Below, piece by piece: positions 1 to 9,720 of a stretch of 64,000 nucleotides of DNA. Source of the stretch: Phycisphaerales bacterium (GTDB lineage: Bacteria; Planctomycetota; Phycisphaerae; WQYP01); assembly GCA_027451365.1 (NCBI GenBank), contig DAIDJN010000058.1:1-64000 (forward strand), read 5' to 3'. A model generated the notes under the pieces. That model saw nothing but the letters and a program-made list of their open reading frames with translations, was not told the DNA's origin and made no database searches. Numbering within the stretch: the stretch's first letter is position 1; each line of letters opens with the position of its first letter. Both the position numbers and the translations under genes were made by a program.

Positions 1-1
1 C

Positions 2-358
2 GTCGTATTCAAGGGCTATCGGAACCTCAAAGGTGCCACCGCTACGCTGGGTAATCTGATTGACGTAATTATGGTTGCGTTGTTCGCCTATTCCGGGATA
101 GCCGGCGAAGGGAACAAAGGTGCTGGATTTCCAATTCCCCAAACCATCCAGATTATAATTCCTGCTGGAATCCGTATTCGGCAAGGTAATCACAGTCGTA
201 ACGCTTCCCCCACCAGCATCCTGATTTGCGGGGCCGGACGTCCTTGAAAGATTATCATTGAGCGCGACCAGAGGATTGTCTCCAAAATCGTTGAGTCGAT
301 TATTCCCATGCCTGCACAACTCGGCAAGCCAATCTCCTCGCCCAAATAGCGCTTTGGT
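2..358 (-). CDS. Rhs/YD-repeat core fragment, open off the left edge (second orphan rhs module)
   Basis: Not in the ORF track. Manual minus-strand translation is stop-free from 358 to the edge: ...TLPNTDSSRNYNLDGLGNWKSS...EQRNHNYVNQITQR...LEYD. The (Y/W)xLDxLGNW and RxHNxVNQIT motifs are typical of Rhs cores. Possible TTG start at 319. Confidence 0.7.
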
Positions 359-454
359 TTAAATTGGCCGCCGTCCGAAAGACCAGGCCAAATACCCCAT
401 TTCTGCCACCCGCTAATGCAGGCCAATCCGAAAAGTCGGGCCACCTTCAGCCCG

Positions 455-673
455 TTATCCACTCGCCCTACCACCCTGGCCCGCTTTGAGTGCCCGACTG
501 ACCTCATCACGAACCATTCGTCTGATCACGCGCTTAAATAAATGGAACAACAAATAGGCCGCGCCGGCTGGAAGGACTAACACACAAAACAAGCCAACGG
601 CACCCAAGAGAAATTTAGGAAGCCCAGGGAGCTGATAAATTATAAATTGGTGGTGCGTTTCAATTGGACTCAT
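455..673 (-). CDS. Small membrane protein, candidate Rhs immunity protein (72 aa)
   Basis: ATG overlaps the Rhs ORF stop (ATGA, 670-673). One long hydrophobic segment is followed by a basic stretch. Confidence 0.6.
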   Translation of the reverse strand: MSPIETHHQFIIYQLPGLPKFLLGAVGLFCVLVLPAGAAYLLFHLFKRVIRRMVRDEVSRALKAGQGGRASG

Positions 674-1686
674 TTTAGCTTGCCTCCAATAGCCTTGGGC
701 GTACAGGGACAGGTGATTTTAAATCCGTGGCCCCCACCTCCAATCAAATAAACCAGTTGGTAGCCGAATTTCCAGACACCCAAGGTGTCGAACACCTTTA
801 TCTGGTAGCTCTTCTTTACGGTTATTTGGCAACTTCCCTTGGAGCAAGGGCCTGTCACTATCGTGGTCGGGTTCGGTATCACTATGCCAGAGAAATGCCA
901 ACTTAATTCTGTTACGAACCCCGTCCAGTATTTACTGACAACCTTAATTGTAGGCTTTTTGCAGTTCTCATCGGCCTGGAGAACTACGTGGAAAGTTGCA
1001 GCGAAAAACAAGCCTCCGTGCACGGTAAACCGGTCGGTCCAATTGACGACCTTTCTCCCATCCGGATCGGTCCATAAATCTGGTCCCCCAGATGCGTATT
1101 GAAATGGATTTGGGCCACCCGCATACCCAATCGGATCACGCTGAATCCAACGGCCAAGGACGGCGTTGTATGTCCGATTGCGGACATAATAAAGCTGTGT
1201 TTCCGGATCAAAGCGATAGCCACAGTAGATTATTTCATTGGCACCATAATCTGACTGCACATCATCATAGGTGAACCAGCGGCCGTCAGAGCCAGGCTCG
1301 ATAACTATCAAGGTATTGCCATACGCATCCGTATCATACGCTTCTACGACATAGCCACCGGAATTCGTCAGCGCCACTGCGCGGTACAGCAAATCCTGCA
1401 GAAGGTAATACGCACCAAGCGGCAGGTCTTGCGGGCTAACAACAGCCATTAGGTTAACTTGAATACATTCATCAATATATGTTCCCCAGATGTACTGTTT
1501 CGTAGGCGTATCCGTACTGCCGCTGCCCAGGCGGCCGCAAATAGCACTCTGTGTCCTCTGTGATCTCTGTGGTTCGACCGTCCCGCCAAACCCATACGCA
1601 TATTGCCCGCCCGGCCACTTGGGACCAATCGCGTCTTCTATGCTATCCGCATTCCTGACCATTTTACGGCCCCGTTTGAACCACAA
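670..1686 (-). CDS. Orphan Rhs-core C-terminus plus ~128-aa variable C-terminal domain; true start uncertain, Rhs homology begins ~1503
   Basis: YCGYRFDPETQLYYVRNRTYNAVLGRWIQRDPIGY...NPFQY...WTDPDG is the Rhs-associated core signature ending in DPxG at 1068-1057. Confidence 0.88.
   Translation of the reverse strand: MWFKRGRKMVRNADSIEDAIGPKWPGGQYAYGFGGTVEPQRSQRTQSAICGRLGSGSTDTPTKQYIWGTYIDECIQVNLMAVVSPQDLPLGAYYLLQDLLYRAVALTNSGGYVVEAYDTDAYGNTLIVIEPGSDGRWFTYDDVQSDYGANEIIYCGYRFDPETQLYYVRNRTYNAVLGRWIQRDPIGYAGGPNPFQYASGGPDLWTDPDGRKVVNWTDRFTVHGGLFFAATFHVVLQADENCKKPTIKVVSKYWTGFVTELSWHFSGIVIPNPTTIVTGPCSKGSCQITVKKSYQIKVFDTLGVWKFGYQLVYLIGGGGHGFKITCPCTPKAIGGKLK
1547..1573. repeat. 3 x 9-bp tandem repeat CTCTGTGNN
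   Basis: ctctgtgtc-ctctgtgat-ctctgtggt read directly from the sequence. Confidence 0.85.
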
Positions 1687-2061
1687 TCATCAAACCGCGA
1701 ACCCGGCATACCCATTTGCAATGTCCTGTTTATACCCCTCCAACATCCCCAATACAAGTAAAAAATGGAAATGCAGCATCCAGTATTCGAGTGAAGCGGT
1801 TCGTTCAGAGAATCCGCAGGCATCCAGTTCATTGCGCCTGTCGCCCTTATCGCCGCCGCACACACCTGTTACTGATATCGAGGAACGCACCGGTTCGCCA
1901 AAATCGGAACAATTGCGCCCCGAACCAATAACCGGCGAAACATTGCGACGCACAGCGTCTGGCTGTTTGACAAGTGAATGCATTCTGCCATCGAGGCAGA
2001 CTCAACCGCTGGTATAACTCGCGTCAACAAATCGGCCGTCTGGCCATACTGTTTTTCCCAT

Positions 2062-2090
2062 TTGGCATCTGGTGACGAAATGTATATAAT
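2062..2090 (+). promoter_or_regulatory. Sigma70-type promoter for the DEAD-box helicase
   Basis: TTGGCA-N17-TATAAT, about 130 nt upstream of ATG 2224. Confidence 0.6.
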
Positions 2091-2223
2091 AGTTCAAAAG
2101 GCCCGCCGGCGGTGAACCCCTCATATTTATTGAGCACTATACGCTGGAAAACTTCGGAATTTGTTTTTTGTCGCTATTTGCATGCGGCTGATCCGGAGGC
2201 GCTGGCGTTATTGGAGAAATCAA

Positions 2224-3921
2224 ATGTCGTTTAATTCTTATGGCCTGCATCCGGACCTGCTACGCGGTATCAAGGACCTGGCCTTTACCCGGCCCACTCC
2301 TATTCAAGCTGAAGCCATTCCCGCCGCCCTTACCGGCCGCGATGTGCTGGGCTGCGCGGCAACCGGCTCGGGCAAAACCGCGGCCTTTCTGCTGCCAACC
2401 ATGCACCATCTGCTGACACGTCCGCATACGGCAAAACGCACCACGCGAGTGCTGGTGCTTACCCCTACGCGGGAACTGGCTTCGCAAATCCAGCAGAATC
2501 TGGTATCGCTTGCCACCCATACGCCGTTAACGGGTGCCGTCATTATCGGCGGGGCTGGAATGGGGCCACAGGAACATGCGTTTCGCAGCGGGGTTGATTT
2601 TCTAATTGCCACACCGGGACGGCTGCTCGATCATCTGAAACGGTCGTACGCGAATCTTTCGAGCCTGGAAGTGCTTATACTGGATGAAGCTGACCGCATG
2701 TTGGATATGGGCTTTCTGCCGGACATTCGGCGGATTCTCAAGCTGTTGCCGACCAAACGTCAGACTCTTTTCTTTTCGGCCACTATGCCTAATGAAATCC
2801 GCGTGCTGGTGCGGGACCTGCTTAAAGACCCGGTAACGATTCAAATGGAGCGGCAAAGCGCACCTGCGGCTGGTATAACCCAGGCGGTTTATCCGGTCCC
2901 CCAGCATCTGAAATCTGCTCTGTTGTGCGAACTTTTAAAGAGCGATGAACTTCAATCCGTCATCTGTTTTACGCGTACCAAGCACCGGGCGAATCGCTTG
3001 GCGGATTATTTGAAACGCAACAGTCTGGACTGCACCGTGATTCACGGCAACCGCACCCAGGCCCAGCGCACCGCGGCCCTGGCCGGGTTCAAGGCGGGAC
3101 GCTACCGGATTCTCGTGGCAACGGATATTGCCGCACGCGGCATTGATATTGCCGATGTATCGCATGTGATTAATTTTGACTGCCCGCACATTCCAGCGGA
3201 TTACATTCACCGCGTTGGTCGGACAGGCCGAGCCTCGGCAACCGGAGACGCTTTTACGCTGGTTTCCCAAGACGAAGAACGCGACCTGCGGGCCATTGAA
3301 AGGGCCATTGACCGCCGCCTGCCGCGGGTGACGCTGCCGGAATTTAATTACACCCAGCAGATGACCGAAAAGCTGGAAGTTCCCATTGCCGAGCGTATTG
3401 CCGCCATTCGGCAGCGCAAGGCGCAGGAACGTGCCGCGGGGGATCGAAAAAGGGAACGCACTGGCGGAAATAGCCCGATGGAACATCGCCGCGGTCCGAC
3501 CGTTGATGGGCGCCGCACTGATGGTAACCACCCGCGCCCCGGTGGCAATTTTGCGCGGCCAGCCCACCACGATTCACGAAACGCCGCCCGGCGAACGGAT
3601 CGCCCGGAAAAATTTGCCCAGGGCGCTCAGACCGAAGGACACACCGCGCCGCGCGGCGCGGGCGATCAGCCTTCGCATTCATCCTCCGGGTTCGGGCGGC
3701 GGAATTCTGGCGGCAAAGACTGGACGAATCAGCCACGAAGGGATTTTTCCGCCGATCGCAACCGCGACAACTACCGATCAGGCGGTCACCCTGCTGAAAA
3801 AGGTTATTCCCAGCCGGGACGCGGCCAGGGCGGAAAGCCGCAATTTGGTTCTTCCGGCGGGCGGCCCGCCCATCCGCGCAACAAGCAAAGTCAGCCAGGA
3901 AACCCTTGGCATAAGCCATAA
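2224..3921 (+). CDS. rhlE: DEAD-box ATP-dependent RNA helicase (RhlE-like) with a long R/G-rich C-terminal tail
   Basis: Q motif PTPIQ, ATGSGKT, PTRELA, TPGRL, DEAD, SAT, ARGID, HRVGRTGR. Start moved to ATG 2224, with GGAG upstream. Confidence 0.93.
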   Translation: MSFNSYGLHPDLLRGIKDLAFTRPTPIQAEAIPAALTGRDVLGCAATGSGKTAAFLLPTMHHLLTRPHTAKRTTRVLVLTPTRELASQIQQNLVSLATHTPLTGAVIIGGAGMGPQEHAFRSGVDFLIATPGRLLDHLKRSYANLSSLEVLILDEADRMLDMGFLPDIRRILKLLPTKRQTLFFSATMPNEIRVLVRDLLKDPVTIQMERQSAPAAGITQAVYPVPQHLKSALLCELLKSDELQSVICFTRTKHRANRLADYLKRNSLDCTVIHGNRTQAQRTAALAGFKAGRYRILVATDIAARGIDIADVSHVINFDCPHIPADYIHRVGRTGRASATGDAFTLVSQDEERDLRAIERAIDRRLPRVTLPEFNYTQQMTEKLEVPIAERIAAIRQRKAQERAAGDRKRERTGGNSPMEHRRGPTVDGRRTDGNHPRPGGNFARPAHHDSRNAARRTDRPEKFAQGAQTEGHTAPRGAGDQPSHSSSGFGRRNSGGKDWTNQPRRDFSADRNRDNYRSGGHPAEKGYSQPGRGQGGKPQFGSSGGRPAHPRNKQSQPGNPWHKP

Positions 3922-4162
3922 AATGAGGCCGGCCCGCCACGGTCTGACGAATGTATGGCGCCTATTACAGGCTGTTCTGTGATGGTGCGATAGGGGATAT
4001 TGGCGATGACCTGATTCGACGCTATCATAATAATCCATAAGCTGCACATAAACGCAAACATGAATAATTTGCGATTAGCGTAATGCTGCAGCAGGGTGTT
4101 TTCCCAGATGCCGCAGGCCGATTTTTGATCGCGCGGCGTCGGAATTTTCTGGAAAGGATGTC

Positions 4163-5296
4163 ATGGGCGTACCAATATCTCAAATGTGGACGGTGGCCAA
4201 ATATGTCTTAACGCAGAAAATCCGCGGGACAAAACGCTATCCGCTGGTCTTGATGCTTGAACCGCTTTTCCGGTGCAATCTGGCCTGCGCGGGCTGCGGT
4301 AAAATTCAATATCCGCCGCACATTCTTAAAATGCACCTGACGCCTGAACAGTGTTTCAAAGCCGCTGAAGAATGTGGCGCGCCAATGGTCAGCATCCCCG
4401 GCGGAGAACCGCTGCTGCATCCGCAAATAAAAGAAATTGTGGAGGGCTTGGTTGCCCGAAAGAAATATATCTATTTGTGCACCAATGCGCGGCTTCTTCT
4501 GGAAAAGATTGATCTTTTTACGCCATCTAAATTTCTGACGTTCAGCGTGCACATGGACGGCCAGCGCGAACATCATGACTTTTCCGTCTGCCGTGAAGGT
4601 ACTTTTGATACCGCGGTGGCGGGCATTCGGGAGGCGGTCAAACGCGGCTTCCGTGTCACCACCAATACCACGCTTTTTGATGGAGCAGACCCCAACAGCG
4701 TGCGTGCGTTTTTCGATGAAATGATGGACCTGGGGGTGGAAGGCATGATGCTTTCACCCGGCTACAGTTACGACAAGGCACCGGATCAGCAGCACTTTCT
4801 TGGCCGTGCCAAAACTCGGCGGCTGTTTAGCACTATTTTATCCAACCGGTCAAAAAAATGGCGATTCAACCAAAGCCCGCTCTTCCTGGAATTTTTGATG
4901 GGCCGGCGTACGTACGCCTGCACTCCATGGGGAATGCCCACCTATAATATTTTTGGCTGGCAGAAGCCGTGCTATCTGTTGCAGGATGGCTATGCTGAAA
5001 CATTTGGCGAACTTCTGGCGGAAACGGATTGGAAAAATTACGGAACAGAATCCGGAAATCCAAAATGCGCCAACTGCATGGTCCATAGCGGCTATGAAGC
5101 CTCCGCGGTCGACCACACCTTCCAGTCAATCAAGGGTTTACTGGCTACGGCGCGGGCCACCTTGTTTGGCGGAACGTATGCCAATCAAGCCGCACTAGAT
5201 GCCCTCGCGGAACCGGTTCCATCCCATTCCGGGAAATTGGTTCAGTTGCAGGTCAGTGCCCGCGGCACGCCGCAGCGGGACGAAGTTTCTGTTTAA
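4163..5296 (+). CDS. hpnH: Adenosyl-hopene transferase, hopanoid radical SAM enzyme
   Basis: YPLVLMLEPLFRCNLACAGCGKI, CTPWG, PCYLL and KCANCMVHSGYE are characteristic of HpnH. Confidence 0.93.
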   Translation: MGVPISQMWTVAKYVLTQKIRGTKRYPLVLMLEPLFRCNLACAGCGKIQYPPHILKMHLTPEQCFKAAEECGAPMVSIPGGEPLLHPQIKEIVEGLVARKKYIYLCTNARLLLEKIDLFTPSKFLTFSVHMDGQREHHDFSVCREGTFDTAVAGIREAVKRGFRVTTNTTLFDGADPNSVRAFFDEMMDLGVEGMMLSPGYSYDKAPDQQHFLGRAKTRRLFSTILSNRSKKWRFNQSPLFLEFLMGRRTYACTPWGMPTYNIFGWQKPCYLLQDGYAETFGELLAETDWKNYGTESGNPKCANCMVHSGYEASAVDHTFQSIKGLLATARATLFGGTYANQAALDALAEPVPSHSGKLVQLQVSARGTPQRDEVSV

Positions 5297-5356
5297 ACCT
5301 CGGCCGGGCTCGCCTTCCGCGGGTGTTCCGCTGGAATCGGCCACACTTGAAAGGAC

Positions 5357-5848
5357 ATGGCAACAATGCCGAATTCCGTCAGCAATGCTCATGAAGTTCC
5401 AACTGCCGTGTCTGCGGCTGGCGCCGGATCCGGTGCCGCATCCGCCGGACCAGCGGCGGAAAATACCGGCACGGTGCATGAAAACCTGGAAGGTTGGATT
5501 GCCGACATCAGCACGCCCGCGTTGCTGCGCCAAGCCGTGGAAAAGGCCTTCAGTTATCGTGGGGATGTCACCATTCGCACACAGGACGGCCGCACCGTGG
5601 TGGGCTATCTGTTTGACCGGTCGGCGGCAAATGCCGATCTTTCCAAATGTGTGGCACGCCTGCTGGTGGAAGGTGCCGAGGCGGGCCACAGTCGGCGCGA
5701 GGTCCTGCCCTATTCCGCCATTGCCGGTATTGAATTTACCGGCAAGGATACCGCGGCGGGCAAAAGCTTCCAGACATGGCTGAAAAAGTATCAGGAAAAG
5801 AAAGCGGCTGGGGAAAAGAATATCGGTCTGGAACCTGAGCCGCTTTGA
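5357..5848 (+). CDS. Hypothetical protein, possible Sm/LSm-like fold
   Basis: AAGGA RBS; co-oriented 60 bp after hpnH; globular core YRGDVTIRTQDGRTVVGYLFD...LPYSAIAGIEF. Confidence 0.7.
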   Translation: MATMPNSVSNAHEVPTAVSAAGAGSGAASAGPAAENTGTVHENLEGWIADISTPALLRQAVEKAFSYRGDVTIRTQDGRTVVGYLFDRSAANADLSKCVARLLVEGAEAGHSRREVLPYSAIAGIEFTGKDTAAGKSFQTWLKKYQEKKAAGEKNIGLEPEPL

Positions 5849-5956
5849 AAGACACCCGGAACAGGCCTCCGCATTCCGTGGCGGAGCGCATCGGAATTGA
5901 CAATTCAGGGCGCCATTCATCGATAACGCGGCGGATCTCGCACAATTCGGCGGAAT

Positions 5957-7867
5957 TCAGCGGTCGTGCGGTTCTTCCAGATATGTATACCCCTGCAGGC
6001 CGGACTCATAGAAACGCAGCAGGAGCGCGGATTCCGCCACTGAAATGGTATTTTCCCGCACGGCCCGCTCCACGTCCTTGTGCATGCGGCTTAGCAGCTC
6101 ATCCGCATTGAATTGGACATATTGCAATACTTCGCGAACGGTGTCGCCGCGAACGACTTCCTCAATATGAATCTGGTTGGCTTCATTCACATGCACATGC
6201 ACGGCGTTGGTGTCGCCGAGCAGGTTGTGCAGATCGCCCAGAATTTCCTGATATGCGCCCACCAGAAACACGCCCAGAAAATATTCGCTTCCGGTGTATT
6301 CATGCAGTTCCAGCGTCTTTTTAACATCGCGCAGGTCAATAAAACAATCCACTTTTCCGTCGCTGTCGCAGGTAATGTCCGCCAGCACGCCCCGGCGTGT
6401 CGGTTCTTCCTCAAGCCGATGAATGGGCATGACCGGGAAAAGCTGTTTGATGGCCCAACTGTCGGGCATGGACTGGAACAACGAAAAATTGCAGAAATAG
6501 GTGTCCGACAACTGCGATTCCAAAGATTCAAAATCATCCCCGACGTAATCTATTTCTTTGAGAACCTTAAGAATTTTTCCGCAGGTGCCCCAAAACAGCT
6601 TTTCAGTCAGGCTGCGCAATTCCAGACTCAGATATCCGAGGTTAAACAAGTTCAGCGCCTCATCACGCTGCTGTGTGGCGTCGTGGTACACTTCAAGAAA
6701 ATTCTTTTTATTCACATCGCGATAGGCGTCGAACAGATCACTGACCGGCTGGGGAACTTCTTCATTGGCTGGCAAAGCTTTGGGAATATCAAAGTAATCA
6801 AACCCGCTTACGCCCAGCACATTGAACACCAGCACGCTGTGGTAGGCCACCATGGCCCGCCCGCTTTCGCTGATAATCGTTGGATGTTTGACTCCGCATT
6901 CATCGCAAACGGTTTTAATGCGGAATACCACATCGCTGGCGTATTCCTGGAGCGTGTAATTGATTGAGGATTCAAAATTCGTCTGGCTGCCGTCGTAGTC
7001 TATGCCCAGTCCGCCGCCGACATCCAGATATTCCATTCCCGCGCCAGCGCGGGCAAGTTCCGCATATACACGGGCGGCTTCATTCAGCGCGCTTTTAACT
7101 GTTCGGATATTGGTTATCTGGCTGCCCAGATGAAAATGCAGAAGCTTCAGGCAGTCCTGCATCCCGCGTTCCTTCAGGTAGTCCAGCGCTCGCAGAATTT
7201 CTGCCACAAACAGGCCGAATTTGCTGCGCGCCCCGCCTGATGATTCCCAGCGACCGCTGCCCCGCGTGGCCAGTTTCACGCGTATGCCCATGCGCGGGCG
7301 AACGCCGTGCTTTTGGCCATATTTAATCAGCAATTCAAGTTCGGTGAATTTTTCAATAACCGGAATGATGTTTTTGCCCAGCTTCTGCGCCAGTACAACG
7401 GTTTCGATGAATTCATCATCCTTAAAGCCGTTGCAGATAATGGGTGTGTTGCGACCATTGGTCAGTGCCAGCACCACCAGCAGTTCCGGTTTGCTGCCCG
7501 CCTCCAGTCCCCAGCCATAGTCGGCTCCGCATTTGAGAATTTCTTCCACTACATGGCGCTGTTGATTTACCTTGATCGGATAAACAGCGGCATATTTTCC
7601 CTGATAGCCGTTTTCACTGATCGCATTTTCAAACGCGGTGTGCATTTCAGCCAGCCGATGATTTAGAATATCGCTGAAGCGGATCAGCGTCGGCAGTTGA
7701 ATATCGCGCACGATCAGTTGATCCACCAGCTTTTTCAGATCAATAGAGCTTTCCGGCTTGCCGCGCGGATGCACGGCCACATTGCCGTCGGCATTGATGG
7801 AGAAGTAACCCTTTCCCCAGTTTTGAATATTGTAGGTTTCCGAGGAGTCCTGAACCGACCAGCTCAT
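5957..7867 (-). CDS. speA: Biosynthetic arginine decarboxylase
   Basis: YPIKVNQ (PLP Lys), GLEAGSKPEL, HFHLGSQ, DVGGGLGIDYDG, DITCDSDG, GAYQEILGDLHNL. Start placed at MSWSVQDS. Confidence 0.95.
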   Translation of the reverse strand: MSWSVQDSSETYNIQNWGKGYFSINADGNVAVHPRGKPESSIDLKKLVDQLIVRDIQLPTLIRFSDILNHRLAEMHTAFENAISENGYQGKYAAVYPIKVNQQRHVVEEILKCGADYGWGLEAGSKPELLVVLALTNGRNTPIICNGFKDDEFIETVVLAQKLGKNIIPVIEKFTELELLIKYGQKHGVRPRMGIRVKLATRGSGRWESSGGARSKFGLFVAEILRALDYLKERGMQDCLKLLHFHLGSQITNIRTVKSALNEAARVYAELARAGAGMEYLDVGGGLGIDYDGSQTNFESSINYTLQEYASDVVFRIKTVCDECGVKHPTIISESGRAMVAYHSVLVFNVLGVSGFDYFDIPKALPANEEVPQPVSDLFDAYRDVNKKNFLEVYHDATQQRDEALNLFNLGYLSLELRSLTEKLFWGTCGKILKVLKEIDYVGDDFESLESQLSDTYFCNFSLFQSMPDSWAIKQLFPVMPIHRLEEEPTRRGVLADITCDSDGKVDCFIDLRDVKKTLELHEYTGSEYFLGVFLVGAYQEILGDLHNLLGDTNAVHVHVNEANQIHIEEVVRGDTVREVLQYVQFNADELLSRMHKDVERAVRENTISVAESALLLRFYESGLQGYTYLEEPHDR

Positions 7868-8100
7868 GTGGCAACCTTCCAGCCGAATGTATGACCTCAC
7901 GCATGCGAACCAACGGGTCCGCATCTCTAGCCAAGTGACACCGCACCAGATAGTCGCATGGCGCTATCTTTTTTCCGGTGGGCCTACATGATACCCGCCG
8001 CCGGTCACAATGCCAGAAAAAGCGCCAGCATTGCCTTTGATTCGCCATCCGGGCATCGTTCACCGGGGCGAGCCAGCCCGAAATCCGGCAAATTCAAGGC

Positions 8101-9720
8101 TCAGGATTCCTTCCCGGGAAGCGTTGGCAGTGTAAAACTGCGGACCACTTCAATGCCGGTGTCTTTTTTCAACGCAGCAAGGCATTCCGCGGTGGGGGGC
8201 GTGTCCAGCTTCAGAAGCATAAGGGCCTTGTCGCCTTTGCGGCTGATGCTCATGTCCGCGATGTTGACACCGGCATGGCCAAAGGTGTTACCCACAAAGC
8301 CGATCACGCCTGGTTTGTCTTTGTTGACGATCAGGGCCATTGCACCTTCCGGCACCATGTCCATCCAATAGCCCTTAATGGCCAGCACACGCGGCAAATG
8401 GTCCGCAAAAACGGTTCCGATGGCGTTATGCTTTTTATCCCCTTCGGTTACTTCCAGTTCAATGCTGTGCTGAATGGCGCGTTGCAGAGAATGGCCCATG
8501 GTTTCATGACGAATGCTGATGCCGCGCTGCTCGGCCAGATGAAACACATTCACCACATTCAGATTTTCAGAAATATGCGGCTTGAGCAGTTCAATGACGG
8601 CCAGTCGCTGGAGTGTGGATGTAATCCGCCGGGGCAGTTCCCCGTTGGTACGCAGGGTAATGGAATCAAAGCCTTTTTCCACAATAGCGCTAAGAATAAT
8701 GCCCATGCGCCTCGCCAGATCGGCGTATGCCTTTTCCGGTTCGGAAAGATTCATTTCTATGCCGCCGGCATTCACCGCGCCTTGAATGCCCTGACCGCGA
8801 AGGTACAGCAGCATTTCATGCACGGCGTCCACCGAAACAGCGGTTTGCGCTTCGTGCGTGCTGGCGCCTAGATGTGGCGTGAGCAGAACTTTGTCACCGA
8901 GACTGAACAGCGCGTGGTCTTTGGCCGGCGGTTCGGCATCGTACACGTCAATGGCCGCACCCGCGACATGGCCGGATTTAATCGCCTCGGCTAGTGCCGC
9001 TTCTTCAATCACACCGCCACGGGCACAATTGATAAAACGGATTCCCTTTTTGCACAGTTTGATTCGTTCCGCGTTAATCAACCCCTTGGTTTTGTCGCCC
9101 GGAACATGCACGGTGATGTAATCGCACTGCGGTAAAAGTTGTTCAATTTCCTTGACCATGGTGACCTGGCCGTCCATAGCGCTTTCTGAAAAGAAAAATG
9201 GATCGTATGCCAGTACCGTCATTTCCAGTCCGACCGCACGGCGGGCGACCGCTCGGCCGATGCGGCCAAAGCCGATGATCCCCAGGGTTTTTCCCGCCAA
9301 CTGGGTGCCGGTGAACTTGGTGCGCTCCCACAAACCGGCGCGCACATGGGCGTCGGCGGCTGCGAGTTTGCGCGAAAGGGCCAGCATCAGGCCGATGGCA
9401 TGTTCCGCAGTGGTAATCGTATTGGCGTCCGGCGTATTCATCACCAGCACGCCTGCTTTGGTGGCCGCTTCCACATTCACATTGTCCACGCCCACACCGG
9501 CGCGGGCAATGGCCTTCAGGCGGCCCGGTTTGGCCAGGTCCGCACCCGTAATTTTTACGCCGCTGCGGATAATGGCCCCATCATATTCCCCGATCACCTG
9601 GGATAGTTCGCCTGGTTCCCACTTCGGATGATTATTAATTTCCACATCCGGCTGCTGTTTCAAAAGAGCCAGCCCCTCATCGGCAATTTTGTCTGCGACA
9701 AGAATTTTAAACATCGGCAT
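8101..9720 (-). CDS. serA: D-3-phosphoglycerate dehydrogenase (long form with ASB and ACT domains)
   Basis: RAGVGVDNV, GIIGFGRIG, NCARGG, TPHLGAST, C-terminal DKPGVIG ACT domain. Confidence 0.95.
   Translation of the reverse strand: MPMFKILVADKIADEGLALLKQQPDVEINNHPKWEPGELSQVIGEYDGAIIRSGVKITGADLAKPGRLKAIARAGVGVDNVNVEAATKAGVLVMNTPDANTITTAEHAIGLMLALSRKLAAADAHVRAGLWERTKFTGTQLAGKTLGIIGFGRIGRAVARRAVGLEMTVLAYDPFFFSESAMDGQVTMVKEIEQLLPQCDYITVHVPGDKTKGLINAERIKLCKKGIRFINCARGGVIEEAALAEAIKSGHVAGAAIDVYDAEPPAKDHALFSLGDKVLLTPHLGASTHEAQTAVSVDAVHEMLLYLRGQGIQGAVNAGGIEMNLSEPEKAYADLARRMGIILSAIVEKGFDSITLRTNGELPRRITSTLQRLAVIELLKPHISENLNVVNVFHLAEQRGISIRHETMGHSLQRAIQHSIELEVTEGDKKHNAIGTVFADHLPRVLAIKGYWMDMVPEGAMALIVNKDKPGVIGFVGNTFGHAGVNIADMSISRKGDKALMLLKLDTPPTAECLAALKKDTGIEVVRSFTLPTLPGKES

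Noticed and set aside
1690..1983. 97-aa ORF upstream of the Rhs fragment
   Set aside because: No recognisable motif or RBS; cannot be told apart from a chance ORF or decayed island DNA.
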